Assembly: GCF_026571515.1 (NCBI RefSeq)
Contig: NW_026851615.1
Location: 310,001-374,000, forward strand
Length of the DNA: 64,000 bases
DNA from: Ruditapes philippinarum
Lineage: Eukaryota
Reading direction: 5' to 3'
In this document: positions 24,780 to 37,533 of the stretch, piece by piece
Numbering within the stretch: the first letter of the stretch is position 1
How the letters are laid out: every line of letters begins with the position of its first letter
Notes under the pieces: model-generated
The model's input: only the letters and a program-made list of their open reading frames with translations
The model's database searches: none
What the model was told of the DNA's origin: nothing
Made by a program: the position numbers and the translations under genes

Positions 24780-24854
24780 TCCGGGGTGGTCTAGTGGTTA
24801 GGATTCCCGGTTTTTTTACCCAGGGGCCCCGGGGTTTGATTCCGGGACCGGGAA
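24780..24854 (+). tRNA. tRNA-Glu copy within the low-quality sequence (true status unknown)
   Basis: Recognisable GTGGTCTAGTGGTTAGGATTC at the expected array position, but with homopolymer-type errors. Confidence 0.6.
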
Positions 24855-25006
24855 AACACTTTTTTCTTTAAGTTTGTAAAATTTCGTCTTCATTTTAAAA
24901 CGATCTGGTTCCCGGTTTAAAAAAAATAGTATCAAATTTGGGGAAAGGTCCACCCTTTTCCCTCAAACTTGGGCCCAACATTTCCTTTTATAGGGAGAAA
25001 AAGTAA

Positions 25007-25057
25007 AGCCAAGGGGGGCTCAAACCCACGCCCCCAGTTTAAAATCTCGTGCCGGGC
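25007..25057 (-). pseudogene. tRNA-Lys pseudogene with the same 18-nt deletion as the 14432 copy
   Basis: Junction TCTCGTGCCGGGC is identical to that at 14474-14486. The rest is degraded. Confidence 0.8.
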
Positions 25058-26381
25058 TACATGTTTATCGACAGTAGAAAAATAGAACGTAAACAGAATG
25101 GCATCTATTAATGCACAATGAAACCGCCAAAAATTCTGGCGCGGAAAAAAAATTGTTAATAGATGCTTAATTCGTAGTTATCTCGTATCTTGTTCATTTA
25201 AGTACATGTATACATTTATTGCGAGAAATGTAGCAGAGAGACAAAGCCGTGTTAGTTTTGTACTGAGATTGTACGGGAAGGTGAAAAAAAGAAGGTCGGG
25301 AATGTTAGAATGGGAATAGTTCAATTGGATAACCCATTACCTCCGGACCTCCCAACAATGTACAGAACACAATGACTATATATACGGTATTGTAAAGTTA
25401 AGTAGGTTTTAACCAACTTTTTAATTTACATAAATGTTCTTGTAAATTTATCTTGCAAAAAAAAGTCCATGCGTCTATGATAAACCATTTTCTCTTGTGT
25501 TTACAGATGAGAAACTGATATCTGCTTATTTTTCCCGTCACATCAGAATCGTACACTTTCACATGGATTGTATTTATATGTTAAATCATTTCCAAAAATT
25601 TTTAATGAGCAGCTTCAATCTATTATTATAAATGCTGGTTTCCCACCGCTTTGAAAACATTCTTTCGATTTACATAGACTTAGAATCTAAAACTGAACAA
25701 GCGTTGGAATGGCATTTCATGAATGCATACGTTCACATGGATAATCAACTGCAAAGTAAATGGTCACTTTTACAATTGTGCCGAGCTCAATCTCATACTT
25801 TTAATGCAGTTCTATAAATATAGAATATATTAAATATAGACATACAACATACAGATCTAGTAGACTACGGGAATGCATGCATGCATGCATGTATTCGTCA
25901 CTGCATGCCGTTTTGACAGAAATAACGGCTTATATTAAGAATCAGCTTCTTTCTTAAGATTTATATATTTACCGTAAAATAACGTTATTAAGTAAATACA
26001 AACAGAGGGTCCTACATGTGTATAATATATCAAAAAATGTTTTAGAAAATGTGGACATACAACCATAGATCGATGAGAGATCTGGTACTAAATGAACAAA
26101 ATACTGTGACAATTATCTATAAACATATTTCAATCTTTCAGCCAGCCCATATTCTTTTTTCATGTCAACGGAATCTATTGAGAAAAACAACCGGACACTT
26201 TTAGCAACGACTTTTTGTTTGATTTCCATGCTGTTTATGTACAAAGAAATAAACAAATGACATACATGTATCTATAATATTATCAGCTGCGTACATATAC
26301 ATCGTTTTCCACATCAAATAGCTCATCCCGCTCCGTTTATCCTCATTATACACAATTTCCCGATAGGAATGACGTGTAGTC

Positions 26382-26453
26382 TCCGGTGTGGTCTAGTGGT
26401 TAGGATTCCTGGTTTTCACCCAGGCGGCCCGGGTTCGATTCCCGGCACCGGAA
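26382..26453 (+). tRNA. trnE: tRNA-Glu(TTC)
   Basis: Identical to the 12612 copy. Confidence 0.97.
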
Positions 26454-26601
26454 CACACTTTTGTTCTCAAGTTTGTACAATTTCGTCTTCATTTTAATCG
26501 ATCTGTACTCTGGTTTCAAAAAATATAGTATCAAGTTGCGACCGGCTCCACATTTTCGTCAAACTGCCGAACATTTCCTTTTATAACGTAGAAAAATGTA
26601 A

Positions 26602-26661
26602 CGCCCAACGTGGGGCTCGAACCCACGACCCCGAGATTAAGAGTCTCGTGCTCTACCGACT
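26602..26661 (-). pseudogene. tRNA-Lys(CTT) lacking its 5' 13 nt; right end of the array
   Basis: Matches nt 14-73 of the intact copy. GCCCGGCTAGCTC is replaced by unrelated sequence. Confidence 0.93.
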
Positions 26662-27559
26662 TGTTGATACTATTTATAGTTTTATGGGCAGTTCTGTAGT
26701 TATCAGTCGCCCAAAACACTAATCCAGTACACAATTGAACCAGTGACTGAGCATTATTCTAATTTATATGAAATACATTGTTTTCATTGTCCTTAATATG
26801 AAGACTGTTAGCAATTGATATTTAACACGAGCTACCTAAAAATCGCTCTTGAAATATGATAGTTTCAGATTTATTGGCATATCGACATACGAAATACCTT
26901 TAACCATTAGAGATATTTAAATGATGGCAACGATATCACAAATACATATACAGAATAGCATTTTGGCTTGAAATAAAGAATGATAATATAGAATAACATC
27001 CGTAATATAACAATATGGGCTATATTTATGAATATGCATGGCACTTCAGAATGTTTCCTATTACTTTTAGGTCCCATATTACTTTTAGATGATAAGTAAC
27101 TTACAGTGCAATCAATGGAATTTTTGAAATTGTATCATTCGTTTAGATGTAAAAAATTATTCAAAGTTCCTTACTTGTTTGGCGTCATCTGTCAATGCTT
27201 GATTTTTAACTTTCTTACCTCCATATGGAGAGTCAGAATTATACATACAAAGCTACCAAAATATTTAGTTTAATATATACATTTAACATACTACTCATTT
27301 CCTACTCACAAACAAAAACAGAATTACATTGACAGAGAAATATGAAAAGTTTCCAATATCTTAAAAGTTCTATGTCTGTACTACTAATAAATTTCACCGG
27401 GGCCATAGTTCGAATATGTCCCCTGCCACTGATCTTTGCGACAGTTACGTCATGCGTTTAAGGTCTAGATGACTTCCGGTAAAATGGCAGCGACCATGCT
27501 GTAAATTTCTAATACAAAATATTCAATTTCTACATATTCCACAACTTCAATCAACAACT

Positions 27560-28204
27560 ATGAGTGGAAAAAAAGGAAACAAATTATCCAAAGAAGAAAT
27601 ATCTGTGCTTGCGGACTCTGTTTATGAACTTCTTAGTGAGAAATTTGACAAATTACAAGCGAGTATCGACAAATGTGCTTCCGAGGAAACCATCAATCAT
27701 AATTATTAAGGCCAACGTCCGTATAGGAAAATACGAGCTAGACCGCTTAGAGCAGTACACAAGACGGGAAAACGTAAGAATCCACAATTTCAAGTACGAT
27801 GAAAAGGCACCTCTTCTCCCTCAAACCGTGGAACTTTTTAACAAATTAAAATCTCTTGACCAGTCTGACCCTGATGATTATACATTCACAGTGGATGATA
27901 TTAGTGCTTGCCACCCTACAAAGTCAAAGCAACAGATTATTGTGCGTTTTGTGTCGCGGGCAAAACTCCATAAACTATTCTCGTCTACAAGAACGTGTTT
28001 ATCACCGAGGATATGACACAGTTACGTGTAAGACTTCTTCACATAGTCAAGAAGTGTGATGATACATCCAATGTATACACTCGTGATGGGAACATTCATT
28101 GTACTTACCAGAGTAAACACAATATTATCTCTTCCCCGGATGACCTGTTTAACACTGGTATCGAGGCAGATCTCAAGGAACTAGGACTCGAGCACCTCAT
28201 CTAG
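27560..28204 (+). pseudogene. LINE ORF1 (frameshifted)
   Basis: LDRLEQYTRRENVRI, DISACHP, QIIVRFVSR, FITEDMTQLR, VYTRDGNI are typical LINE ORF1 motifs. Confidence 0.85.
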
Positions 28205-29084
28205 GATGCGTCGGAGGATGAGACCATTCCCTCTTTGACAGACTCTTATACTAGTCAAAATAACTTTGATATTTCTGTTTCTGTTGAAAATTGTTCCGAT
28301 GTTGACAGTTCATTTATCTCTGCTGAACATGTTGTGATTGACAAAGTTACGGACAAGTGCAGTTCTACTTGTAATCAATATAATATTTCAAACAACGAGA
28401 ATGATGTGTTTGATATAAATAACAATAAAAATGTAGATGTAAAATATAAAGTTAATCATGACCACTTCTATTGCATTCCATTTGAATCTCAAATAGTTAA
28501 ATTCTACTTTCTGAATGTTTGTGGTTTGGTCTCCAAGTTACTGATACCAGACTTTATTGATTTTATTAAGGACTTTGATATTTTTTGTATAGTTGAAACT
28601 AAACTAGACCAATTTGATAATGTTAATGTTGAGGGTTATACATTTAGATCTATAAATAGAGATAATTGTAAACGTGGATCTGGAGGTGTTGGGGTTTTTA
28701 TAAAAAATTCTCTGATAAAAAATGTAGTATTTTCTTGATCACGCACTGAAAACTGTTTATGGTTTAAATTTAAAGACAGATCCAGCATATTTGGAGTAGT
28801 GTATATTCCTCCAGAAAGTTCTAAAATATAGTTCACTAGATTTGTTTGTTGAATTGGAAAATAGTATTTTTAATTTCAACACTGTTTTATGATGACTGTG
28901 ATTTTTGTATATTTGGAGATTTTAATGCAAAAAGTGGTAGACTTGCTGACTTTACAGACTTAAATAAGTACATTGCTGATAGGTTTTTTGATAACAGTAC
29001 AAAACAATTGATTGGACAAAGTCGTCTTATTGAATTAGGATTTCCTGTCGATCGTTACTCACGTGATATGCATAACTGTAACAA

Positions 29085-30860
29085 CAAGATATGTTTGTAA
29101 AACAAGTATGCCCCCTATCAGCAGCCAATTAGTCATGTGAAAAGGTTATTATGCATGACTTCTGACCCAGTGATCAAACAATTAATAAGGGTTATCAAGT
29201 ATCTACTGGTCATGACCTTAACCTTTGACCCAAAACTCAATAGGGGTCATCTGCTGGTCACGACCAATCATCATACAAAGTTTGAAGTTCCTAGGCCTAA
29301 GTGTTTTTAGTTAATTGATCGGAAACCGTTTTAACATACAAGGTCAATGTGACCTTGACCTTTGACCCCTTGACCCCAAAATCAATAGGTCATCTGCTGG
29401 TCATGACCAATCACCATACCATGTTTGAAGTTCCTAGGCCAAAGGGTTCTTAAGTTATTGATTTGAAAGCATTTTACCTACAAGGTCAATGTGACCTTGC
29501 CCTTTGACCCCTTAACCCCAATATCAATAGGGGTCATCTACTGGTCATGACCAATCACCATACCAAGTTTGTAGTTCCTAGGCCTAAGGGTTCTTCAGTT
29601 ATTGATCGGAAACCGTTTTTACCTAAGAGGTAAATGTGACCTTGACCTTTGACCCCTTGACCCCAAAATCAATAGGGGTCATCTACTGATCATGACCAAT
29701 CACCATATCAAGTTTGAAGTCCTTAGGCCTAAGGGTTCTTTCGTTATTGATCGGAAACCGTTTTTACCTTCAAAGTCAATGTGACCTTGACCTTTGACCC
29801 CTTAACCCCAAAATCAATAGGGGTCATCTGCTGGTCATGACCAATCACCATACCAAGTTTGAAGTTCCTAGGCCTAAGGTTTCTTTCATTATTGATCGGA
29901 AATCGTTTTTACCTACAAGGTCAATGTGACCTTGACCTTTGATCCCTTAACCCCAAAATCAATAGGGGTCATCTGCTGATCATGACCAATCACCATACCA
30001 AGTTTGAAGTTCCTATGCCAAAGGGTTCTTTTGTTAATGATCAGAAACCGTTTTTACCCAAGAGGTCAATGTGACCTTGACCTTTGACCCCTTGACCCCA
30101 AAATCAATAGGGGTCATCTACTGATCATGACCAATCACCATACCAAGTTTGAAGTTCCTAGGCCTTAAAGTTCTTTAGTTATTGATCAGAAACCGTTATT
30201 GCTTACAAGGTCAATGTGACCTTGACCTTTGACCCCTTGACCCCAAAATCAATAGGGGTCATCTACTGATCATGACCAATCACCATACCAAGTTTGAAGT
30301 TCCTAGGCCTAAAAGTTCTTTAGTTATTGATTGGAAACCGTTTTCATTTACAAGGTCAATGTGACCTTGACCTTTGACCCCTTGACCCCAAAATCAATAG
30401 GGATCATCTACTGATAATGACCAATCACCATACCAAGTTTGAAGTTCCTAGGCCTTAAAGTTCTTTAGTTATTGATCGGAAACCGTTTTTGTTTACAAGG
30501 TCAATGTGACCTTGACCTTTGACCCTTTGATCCCAAAATCAATAGGGGTCATCTACTGGTCATGACCAATCATCATACCAAATTTGAAGTTCCTAAGCCT
30601 TAAGGTTCTTTAGTTATTGATCGGAAACCGTTTTTGCTTACAAGGTCAATGTGACCTTGACCTTTGACCCCTTGACCCCAAAATCAATAGGGGTCATCTA
30701 CTGGTCATGACCAATCACCATACCAAGTTTGAAGTTCCTAGGCCTAAGGGTTCTTTAGTTATCACTCGGAAACCATTTGGTCTACGGACCGACGGACCGA
30801 CGGACCGACGGACCGACAAGTGCAAAGCAATATACCCCCTTTTTTTCGAAATGGGGGCAT
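29085..30860. mobile_element. HINE-like (Helentron-associated, pearl/DTC84-type) non-autonomous element with ~11 x 145-bp core repeats
   Basis: Removing it restores LINE codons HNCN|NYGNRLL. Inserted at AA/TT. Subterminal inverted repeats TATGCCCCC (29107) and GGGGGCATA (30853), a terminal hairpin, and a GACG/GACC microsatellite at 30786-30818. Confidence 0.85.
29200..30776. repeat. Tandem array, 145-bp unit
   Basis: AGGTCAATGTGACCTTGACCTTTGACC recurs at 29482, 29627, 29772, 29917, 30062, 30207, 30352, 30497 and 30642. Confidence 0.97.
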
Positions 30861-33800
30861 AATTATGGAAATAGACTTCTTCAGGTTTGTAAATTTACAG
30901 ATGTCCATATTGCTAATGGTCGATGTGGTGCTGATGCCTATATAGGAAAATGCACAACTACAAATACTAGTCTGATTGATTATGTTTTATTGTCTGCTAT
31001 TAACTTTCCCAAAGTAACCCACTTTGATGTGACAGATTTTAATCCACTATTTTCTGATGTTCATTGTGGTATAGAATTATGTTTTAATATTATTGGAGAG
31101 GATCTTACTTGTAATGTAGATAATTCGGTTTCGCAAAACGATAACAATGAGGCCATTATTAAATCAACATGGGATAAAAATCTGAAGGATGATTATATAA
31201 ATCAGTTTGATAATATCGATACAAATAATATTACAGAAGAATTGATTAAAATATTAAATGATAAGAATTATAACGATGAATGTATTAATTCCTTGACTGA
31301 AAAACTGTCAAGTATCATAACTAACGCTGCTAAAAGGTGTAATTTAATACAAGAAAAAAATATTTCACAGAAAGAAAAAATGCAAAATTGACCAAAAATG
31401 GTTCGACAAAGATTGCTCGAAATTTAGAAAGGAATATTACCTAAGCAGAAATACCTATAGGAAAAATAAAACCGAAGGTTATAAAAACCTTATGATGATA
31501 AACAGTAAAAGATATAAAAAAGAATTAAATAAAAAGTTTAACAGTTTCAATGACAATGTCATAAAAAAACTGAGAGGACTAAAGCATAGTGATCCTAAAT
31601 CTTATTGGAGTTTATTAAATAAATATTCTTCTGATAAAAAAGTGAATAAATAAAATAACTAATGAGGTTTTCCATGAGCATTCCAGTAATTTGAATGCAG
31701 ATATTTTAAGAAATGAAAATGACGTAGATAATTTAATGTTAACAACTTACCAATGTTTAATGGGGGCACTGAATTCGCAATTTACTGAGCAAGAAATAGA
31801 TAAGGCTATAAAGGCGCTTAAGAATAATAAAAGATCCATCTATATTTGATAATATTATTTAATGAGTATCTCAAAAATGCTCCTGATAATCTGCTGCCTG
31901 TACTTAAGCTATTTTTTAACATTATATTAGACTCTGGTATCTTTCCGGATGTGTGGAGCAAGGGAGTTATCTTACCATTGTATAAATGATCCGGATAATT
32001 ACAGGGGCATAACAATACTCAGTTGCTTTGGAAAACTTTTCACTTCGGTACTTAATAACAGATTAAATGACTTCTTGGAATCAAACAACATTCTATGTGA
32101 AGAACAAGCAGGTTTCAGGAAGCATTATAGTACTGTTGATCACATATTTTTCATTAAAACTTCTAGTGGGACGTATATCTAGCACATTGCAAAAAAATTG
32201 TATTGTGCATTTGTAGATTATCGCAAGGCCTTTGATTCTGTAAATCGCACTGCCATGTGGCATAAATTATTAAGTTACAATATTGATGGGAAATGCTTTA
32301 AAATAATACACAATATGTATGACAAAGCTAAGTCATGTGTTAGTTCGAATAATACAATTTCAGATTTTTTCACTAGTCATACTGGAGTAAGACAAGGTGA
32401 AAACTTATCTCCAATATTGTTTTCTCTTTTCTTGAATGATCTAACTAATTTTATGTCTAATATGAAGGTTTGCAGTTTCTAAAAAAACATATAAATGATA
32501 TGTTAAGTGATGATGAAATGGAAGTTTATCTTAAACTGTATTTACTATTGTATGCAGATGACACTGTAATATTGTCAGAGAGCTCTCAGCAGCTTCAGTT
32601 AGCATTAAACGCTATGTCTGACTACTGCAAGCTTTGGAATCTTGAAGTAAATACAAATAAAACCAAAGTTATTATATTTTGGAAAACCAAGAGAGGTTTG
32701 CGTAATATGCCCTAACTTTTCACTATGAGGGGACTGTCCTTGAAATTGTTGAGCATTTTCTCATATTTAGGTGTACAATTTTTCATTTAATGGTAACTTC
32801 AGCAGAAACTAAAACATTCCTTATTGATCAAGCCCGTAAAGCCATGTTTTCTGTAAAATTAGGAAAATCTAGGATACTTAATTTACCAATAGATATGCAA
32901 TTTACACTTGTTTGATACAATGATAGCACCCATTTTGTTGTATGGGTGTGAAGTTTGGGGTGTTGAAGATGCGAGTGTTGTGGATAAATTTTCAATTAAA
33001 ATACCTAAAGATAATTCTACAGTTGAAACAGAGTACTCCAAATTGTTATGATTTATGGGGAGTTGGTATTACCCCACTTTCAACACAAATTAAAAGTAGA
33101 GTTCTTAATTACTGGGGTAAAATAGTTAATTCTAAACATGATAAGATAATCAGATTCTATATAGAACAATTCATAATTTATATACTCTGAATAATATTAA
33201 ATCAGATTGGGTCTGTTTTGTTCGAAATAATTTAAATGATCTTGGATTGTCGCATTTCTGGATAAATCAAAATGTGGAATCTCCTGCTTCATTCAAGAAT
33301 ACTGTCAACTTAAGACTGCGTGATCATTTTATGCAAAATTGGAGATGTACAATTAATAATTCCAGTAAATGTCTAAATTACAGGATTTATAAACAGGAGT
33401 TTTGTTTTGAGCCATACCTCAGCAAGTTACCTATGAATTTAGCTTTAATTCTCTTTAAATTTAGAAGTATGAATCACAAACTTCCTATTGAAAAAGGAAG
33501 GTTTGATGATATTCCAAGAGAACTTAGAACTTGTAATCTATGTACCAGTAACTCTTTAGGCGACGAATTCCATTATCTTTTTGAATGTTCACATTTAGTT
33601 AATGAAAAAAAAATTTAAAAAAAAAACAAAAACGGTTTGATCTTCAATTGTACTCTTCTTTTACAAACTATTCTGACATTTTCTGCACATCTTTTCTCGT
33701 CTTAAAAACAAATTTATAAGCATGCATTATAATACTAATTGTATTACATTTGTTTGCTGGAAATATAGCAATTATACTACATTTATTAAGGTTTGACAAC

Positions 33801-33888
33801 ATTTTCAAATTCATTAGAAATAAATAAAACAAACGCAGGCATAAAAGTTAAAAAGCTTTCTTTTTTAATTATGTTATTAGAATTTTAT

Positions 33889-35844
33889 TCAAATGTAAAG
33901 GAATCTGATATCTAACGCTTTGACTTGTTGACACAACAAAACACCCTTTTTTAACAAACTACAAAAACGCCCATCTCGTTTCTCCTCCTTTTCTGATGTA
34001 ATGCAAATATTTGTATCGGAGATTCCTTTAACTGGAATGAAATTGTTCGAGATGTTGTGTTTAACTGTGTCGTCTGCGAGAAAACACGTATGACGGCTAT
34101 CAGTGTCTACATCGCCTGAAACTGCATCCACGCCGTTTACGAAGCTTTCGAAAATCATGCTTTGGCTTCTTACGGCATCGTTGGACCAAAAGTTATCGTC
34201 GTCTGCGTGCGATGGTAATTTTACTGGTAAAGATTCGCTGCTTTCTGATAATCTTGAAACAATTTGGTGGGATGAATTAACATCTTGATAAGATATTGTT
34301 GGGATAGAAATATGTTGAGAATTGTCCACGAGTTGCTCAAAATCTAATGACTTTATTTCAGAAACGTATTCTGTTTTTTTAGGGTACTGGACCTTTGGAG
34401 GTTGAAGAGTTTGTCTGCACCAGATGTCACCTTGTTCTGACATGTAAACCTCGCGTATAGTTGAGGTAAAGTTGTCCCAGACTTCGGCTTGGTTCGCACT
34501 TGTACACATCTGGTATACCTGAGTGGATTTGAATTGACTTCTTACCTGGAAAAATAATACACGTAATGAAATACAGTTAACCAATACTTTTGATTATAAG
34601 AATGAGCAGAATAATTTCTGGTAAAAGTAAACATTTAAAACTCTTATGTGAATTTACTATTTATTCTCTAGTTTGAATTCTAATATAATACATGTAGAAA
34701 AACCACTTCATTTGCCTAATCACAAAGGTATAGTTACACGTATATTAGTCAGGTGTCATAAAAGAATGTAATATTTATAATTAATTATTACAACAACAAC
34801 TCTTAAGTCTCGCTGAGGAATCTCTAGTTAGTACAAGGATTTCATACAAAGTGTGACTGTGACATTTGACCTTAAAATTAATATGGGCTATGGCTCGTGA
34901 TCCAAGTTCCTCAAAATAAATAGGGGTTAGCTACTTGCTATGGGCAGCAATGTCCCATAAACATTTCAAACGTAGGACGAATATTTCTCAATTTCTCTAT
35001 TGACCGGACGAGATATTAAACAGAGTTTCTTAGTGGCCTTGACCTTTGACCTAATGATCTCAAAATCAATAAGGGTCATATACTGTCCATTGGCTATATA
35101 TTCCTACAAAGTTACATAAATCTGGACTTATATCATCTCAAGCTATTGATGGGACAATGGTAAGAGGACGTATGTGCGTACGGACGGATGTGTCGAACAC
35201 CTCATTACAGAATGACTTCCTCATTTCAAAAGATGTCATAAGATCTACATCGTTAAATGGCGATTAAACTTAAACAGTCCTCTTTTTAAAAAAAAAATAA
35301 TTGCTAATACGATTATTTTTTTAGTTTTAAACGTCGGGTCATTAAATTGTCGATCTTAAAATGCTTACACTATACAAGGCACTGACATGCTGAAATATAG
35401 AGAAATAAAACAACAACAACAACGACGACGACGACGACGACAACAACATGAAATATGAACAATGAATGGAGAATCAAGATTATACTTCGGGACGAATCAA
35501 ATCATTCTCAGAACGCAGTGTACAACTATAAATGAACTAAATTGCTTACTTAACTCGTACACTTCTCGCTTTTATAAGTAAATTTTGTTTACCTTTATTT
35601 TTTTTGCTAAGTTCTGGTAAGATAGGGACAGCATCCTCAAAGGTAGGAGAGACAACAACTCGTAATCCATGACGTCACCACTGAGAACCACTCTTGCTAT
35701 TGTGAGGCACTGGATCCCGAGGCCCAGGCAGAGTAGGTTAGTGGCGTGATCTCCGATCAGCCCCACAAATCTTCCCTCAGCTAGGAGTCTTTCGTCAATG
35801 TTGTACTTCTCACGCAATATCTTTTGTAACGTAGGTTCTTCCAT
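33889..35844 (-). CDS. Hypothetical protein, ~302 aa, two coding exons (35844-35593, 34545-33889)
   Basis: ATG at 35844. A phase-0 donor AAG|GTAAAC and acceptor TTTTTCCAG| join two long ORFs in frame (..AKKIK|VRSQFK..). A possible upstream non-coding exon ends at ~37403. Confidence 0.7.
34850..35200. repeat. Degenerate HINE-like fragment related to the 145-bp family, intronic
   Basis: CCTTGACCTTTGACC, CAAAATCAATAAGGGTCAT and GGACGGA motifs. Confidence 0.55.
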
Positions 35845-36386
35845 TTTTTTTCTATAATAGGAAAGGTATGTAACATGTATTTTGTAATAGATAATCACGT
35901 TAATTGTTTTGAACTACCCAGCTAAAAGAAAACTGACTCATTTCAAGTGACATTATTCTCTTTCTTTTTTTCATTGTCAAGTGGAGCTGATTTCAAAAGA
36001 TTGACGGTCATAATGGCGATTAACCAACAGTTCATATTGGAAAATGACACTTAAGATAGGTTTTATTTAATATTAAAAATATATTTGAAAATACTTGTGT
36101 ATGTTGACAAAGCTGGTGTGTTCAGACTCAAACGGACTCGCTTTTGTTCATCATTTGCAAGCAACAATAAAACAAAATAGTTACGCATTTGTTTGAGAAA
36201 TGGTGTACCTTAATATTGTCTGTATTTAAACGTCAAAAGTAAATTAAGAAATTGTTATTATCAATATTTTCTGAATTTATCGATGGATTGGTCTACCATT
36301 GGCCCATTGTTCATAAGATTTCAAATATTGATAAAACAAAAGACGCAGTATAAATATTTATTATATACATGTATGCACTTTTAGAT

Positions 36387-36645
36387 GAAATATTGATGAA
36401 ATAAAATGCATAATTTCATTTTCCGTATTTTCATTGTATTTTTTTACACTGTAGTGAAACTTTTTTTCGTAGTTTCACTGGTATCTTGCCAGACTACTTT
36501 CTTCTAAATTAAGCCAATACACAAAATTTAAGGGAAAATTTATTCAGTCTTAAGGTCAAAATAGAGAAGAAGTATATGATAAACAGAAAATTCAAGTTTT
36601 TTTTCTATAAATACGAGATTTATAGTAAAACTTGGATATTCTCTT
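36387..36645. repeat. Dispersed repeat; second copy at ~40681-40920
   Basis: GAAATATTGATGAAATAAAATGC...AAATTCAAGTTTTTTTCTATAAATAC is shared by both loci. Confidence 0.8.
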
Positions 36646-37479
36646 TTTATTTCATGAGTAATAACATATTGTTCTAGATAATTTTATCATCTGACATATA
36701 AAATATATCTTATCAGATGATATATCTAATACTTACTTACAACATTCATACATTATTAGTTCCTGGTTTGTAGTCATGTATGTACGGAAACGTTTACTTA
36801 ATACAATCATAATTATTTATGGTATTAAAGACCTTCCGCTATGCACTTATTCACTTTAATTGATGTACGAATTAAAACACTAATGAAACTACTGTAAATT
36901 TATCAAAAATAAATATTTTTTAAAATGTACATCCCAATAAAAAAAGTTTGCTCTACACGTTATGTGCGAAGAAAATGGTATACTTTTCATTTCTTCTTTC
37001 TCCAAACATTTCAGCTGATTACTTATCAACTGCATAAAAATGTGTCTGAAGAAAGTTTTCAAAATATATTTAAGTTTAAATGCAATAGTCGATCCTTGAT
37101 TGACTTTTTTTCTTTGATATATGGACAGGTAAATTCAAATACCAATACGTTTCCCTTTTTTTTGAAGAAGAAAAAAAAAAAAAAAAAAAGATTTTTTAAA
37201 TAAAATCAATCTACGAAATCGTAATCTGATCAATTCTGATTATATTATAATAAAATCACAGCAACTCTTTAACACACATTTTGTGTGCGTATATTAGGAA
37301 ATAGATTTCAGTTTGTTTTTGGTGCCACGGGAAAAATATGAAGTACGTTTTCATCACTAAAATTGAACCATCATTTACAAAAAAAAATATGAAAAAGTTT
37401 ACCTTGTCTCAGTTTTTATTGTGGTTTTCTTTATGAAACTCAGTAAATCGCTCTTAATGTACTATGCTGGCTTTTCGTC

Positions 37480-37533
37480 GTGTCATAGAAACAACGTTAC
37501 GTTATCAACGTCACTCATGCAGAAATGACGTCA
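37480..37533 (-). promoter_or_regulatory. Putative promoter: RFX X-box-like GTGTCATAGAAAC and CRE TGACGTCA
   Basis: Motifs seen ~80-130 bp upstream of a minus-strand donor AAG|GTAAA (37402). Confidence 0.4.

Larger units (their letters stand above)
5310..26661. repeat. Tandem tRNA-Glu/tRNA-Lys gene array, unit ~1.6 kb, six Glu-Lys positions, interrupted by two large insertions
   Basis: Near-identical spacers recur. Glu genes start at 5320, 6535, 12612, 14207, ~24780 and 26382 (12612 to 14207 = 1595 bp). Confidence 0.95.
28235..33618 (+). pseudogene. LINE ORF2 (endonuclease-reverse transcriptase), frameshifted and interrupted at 29085-30860
   Basis: APE: LNVCGL, IVETKLD, GSGGVGVFIK, FGDFNA, SLIDYVL, SDVHC. 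RT: NYRGITILSC, EEQAGFR, FVDYRKAFDSV, GVRQGENLSP, LYADD. C-terminus: RTCNLC..GDEFHYLFEC. Confidence 0.92.
27470..33632 (+). mobile_element. Decayed non-LTR retrotransposon (LINE; APE endonuclease + RT + C-terminal Cys/His motif; RTE-X/CR1-like, clade uncertain)
   Basis: ORF1 and ORF2 fragments are collinear on the + strand. A 5' ACTTCCGG/AAAATGGC promoter-like motif lies at 27472-27488, and there is an A-rich 3' end. Confidence 0.9.

Noticed and set aside
29200-30776. Regular repeats as a CRISPR array
   Set aside because: Whole 145-bp units repeat with no unique spacers, there are no cas genes, and the context is eukaryotic.
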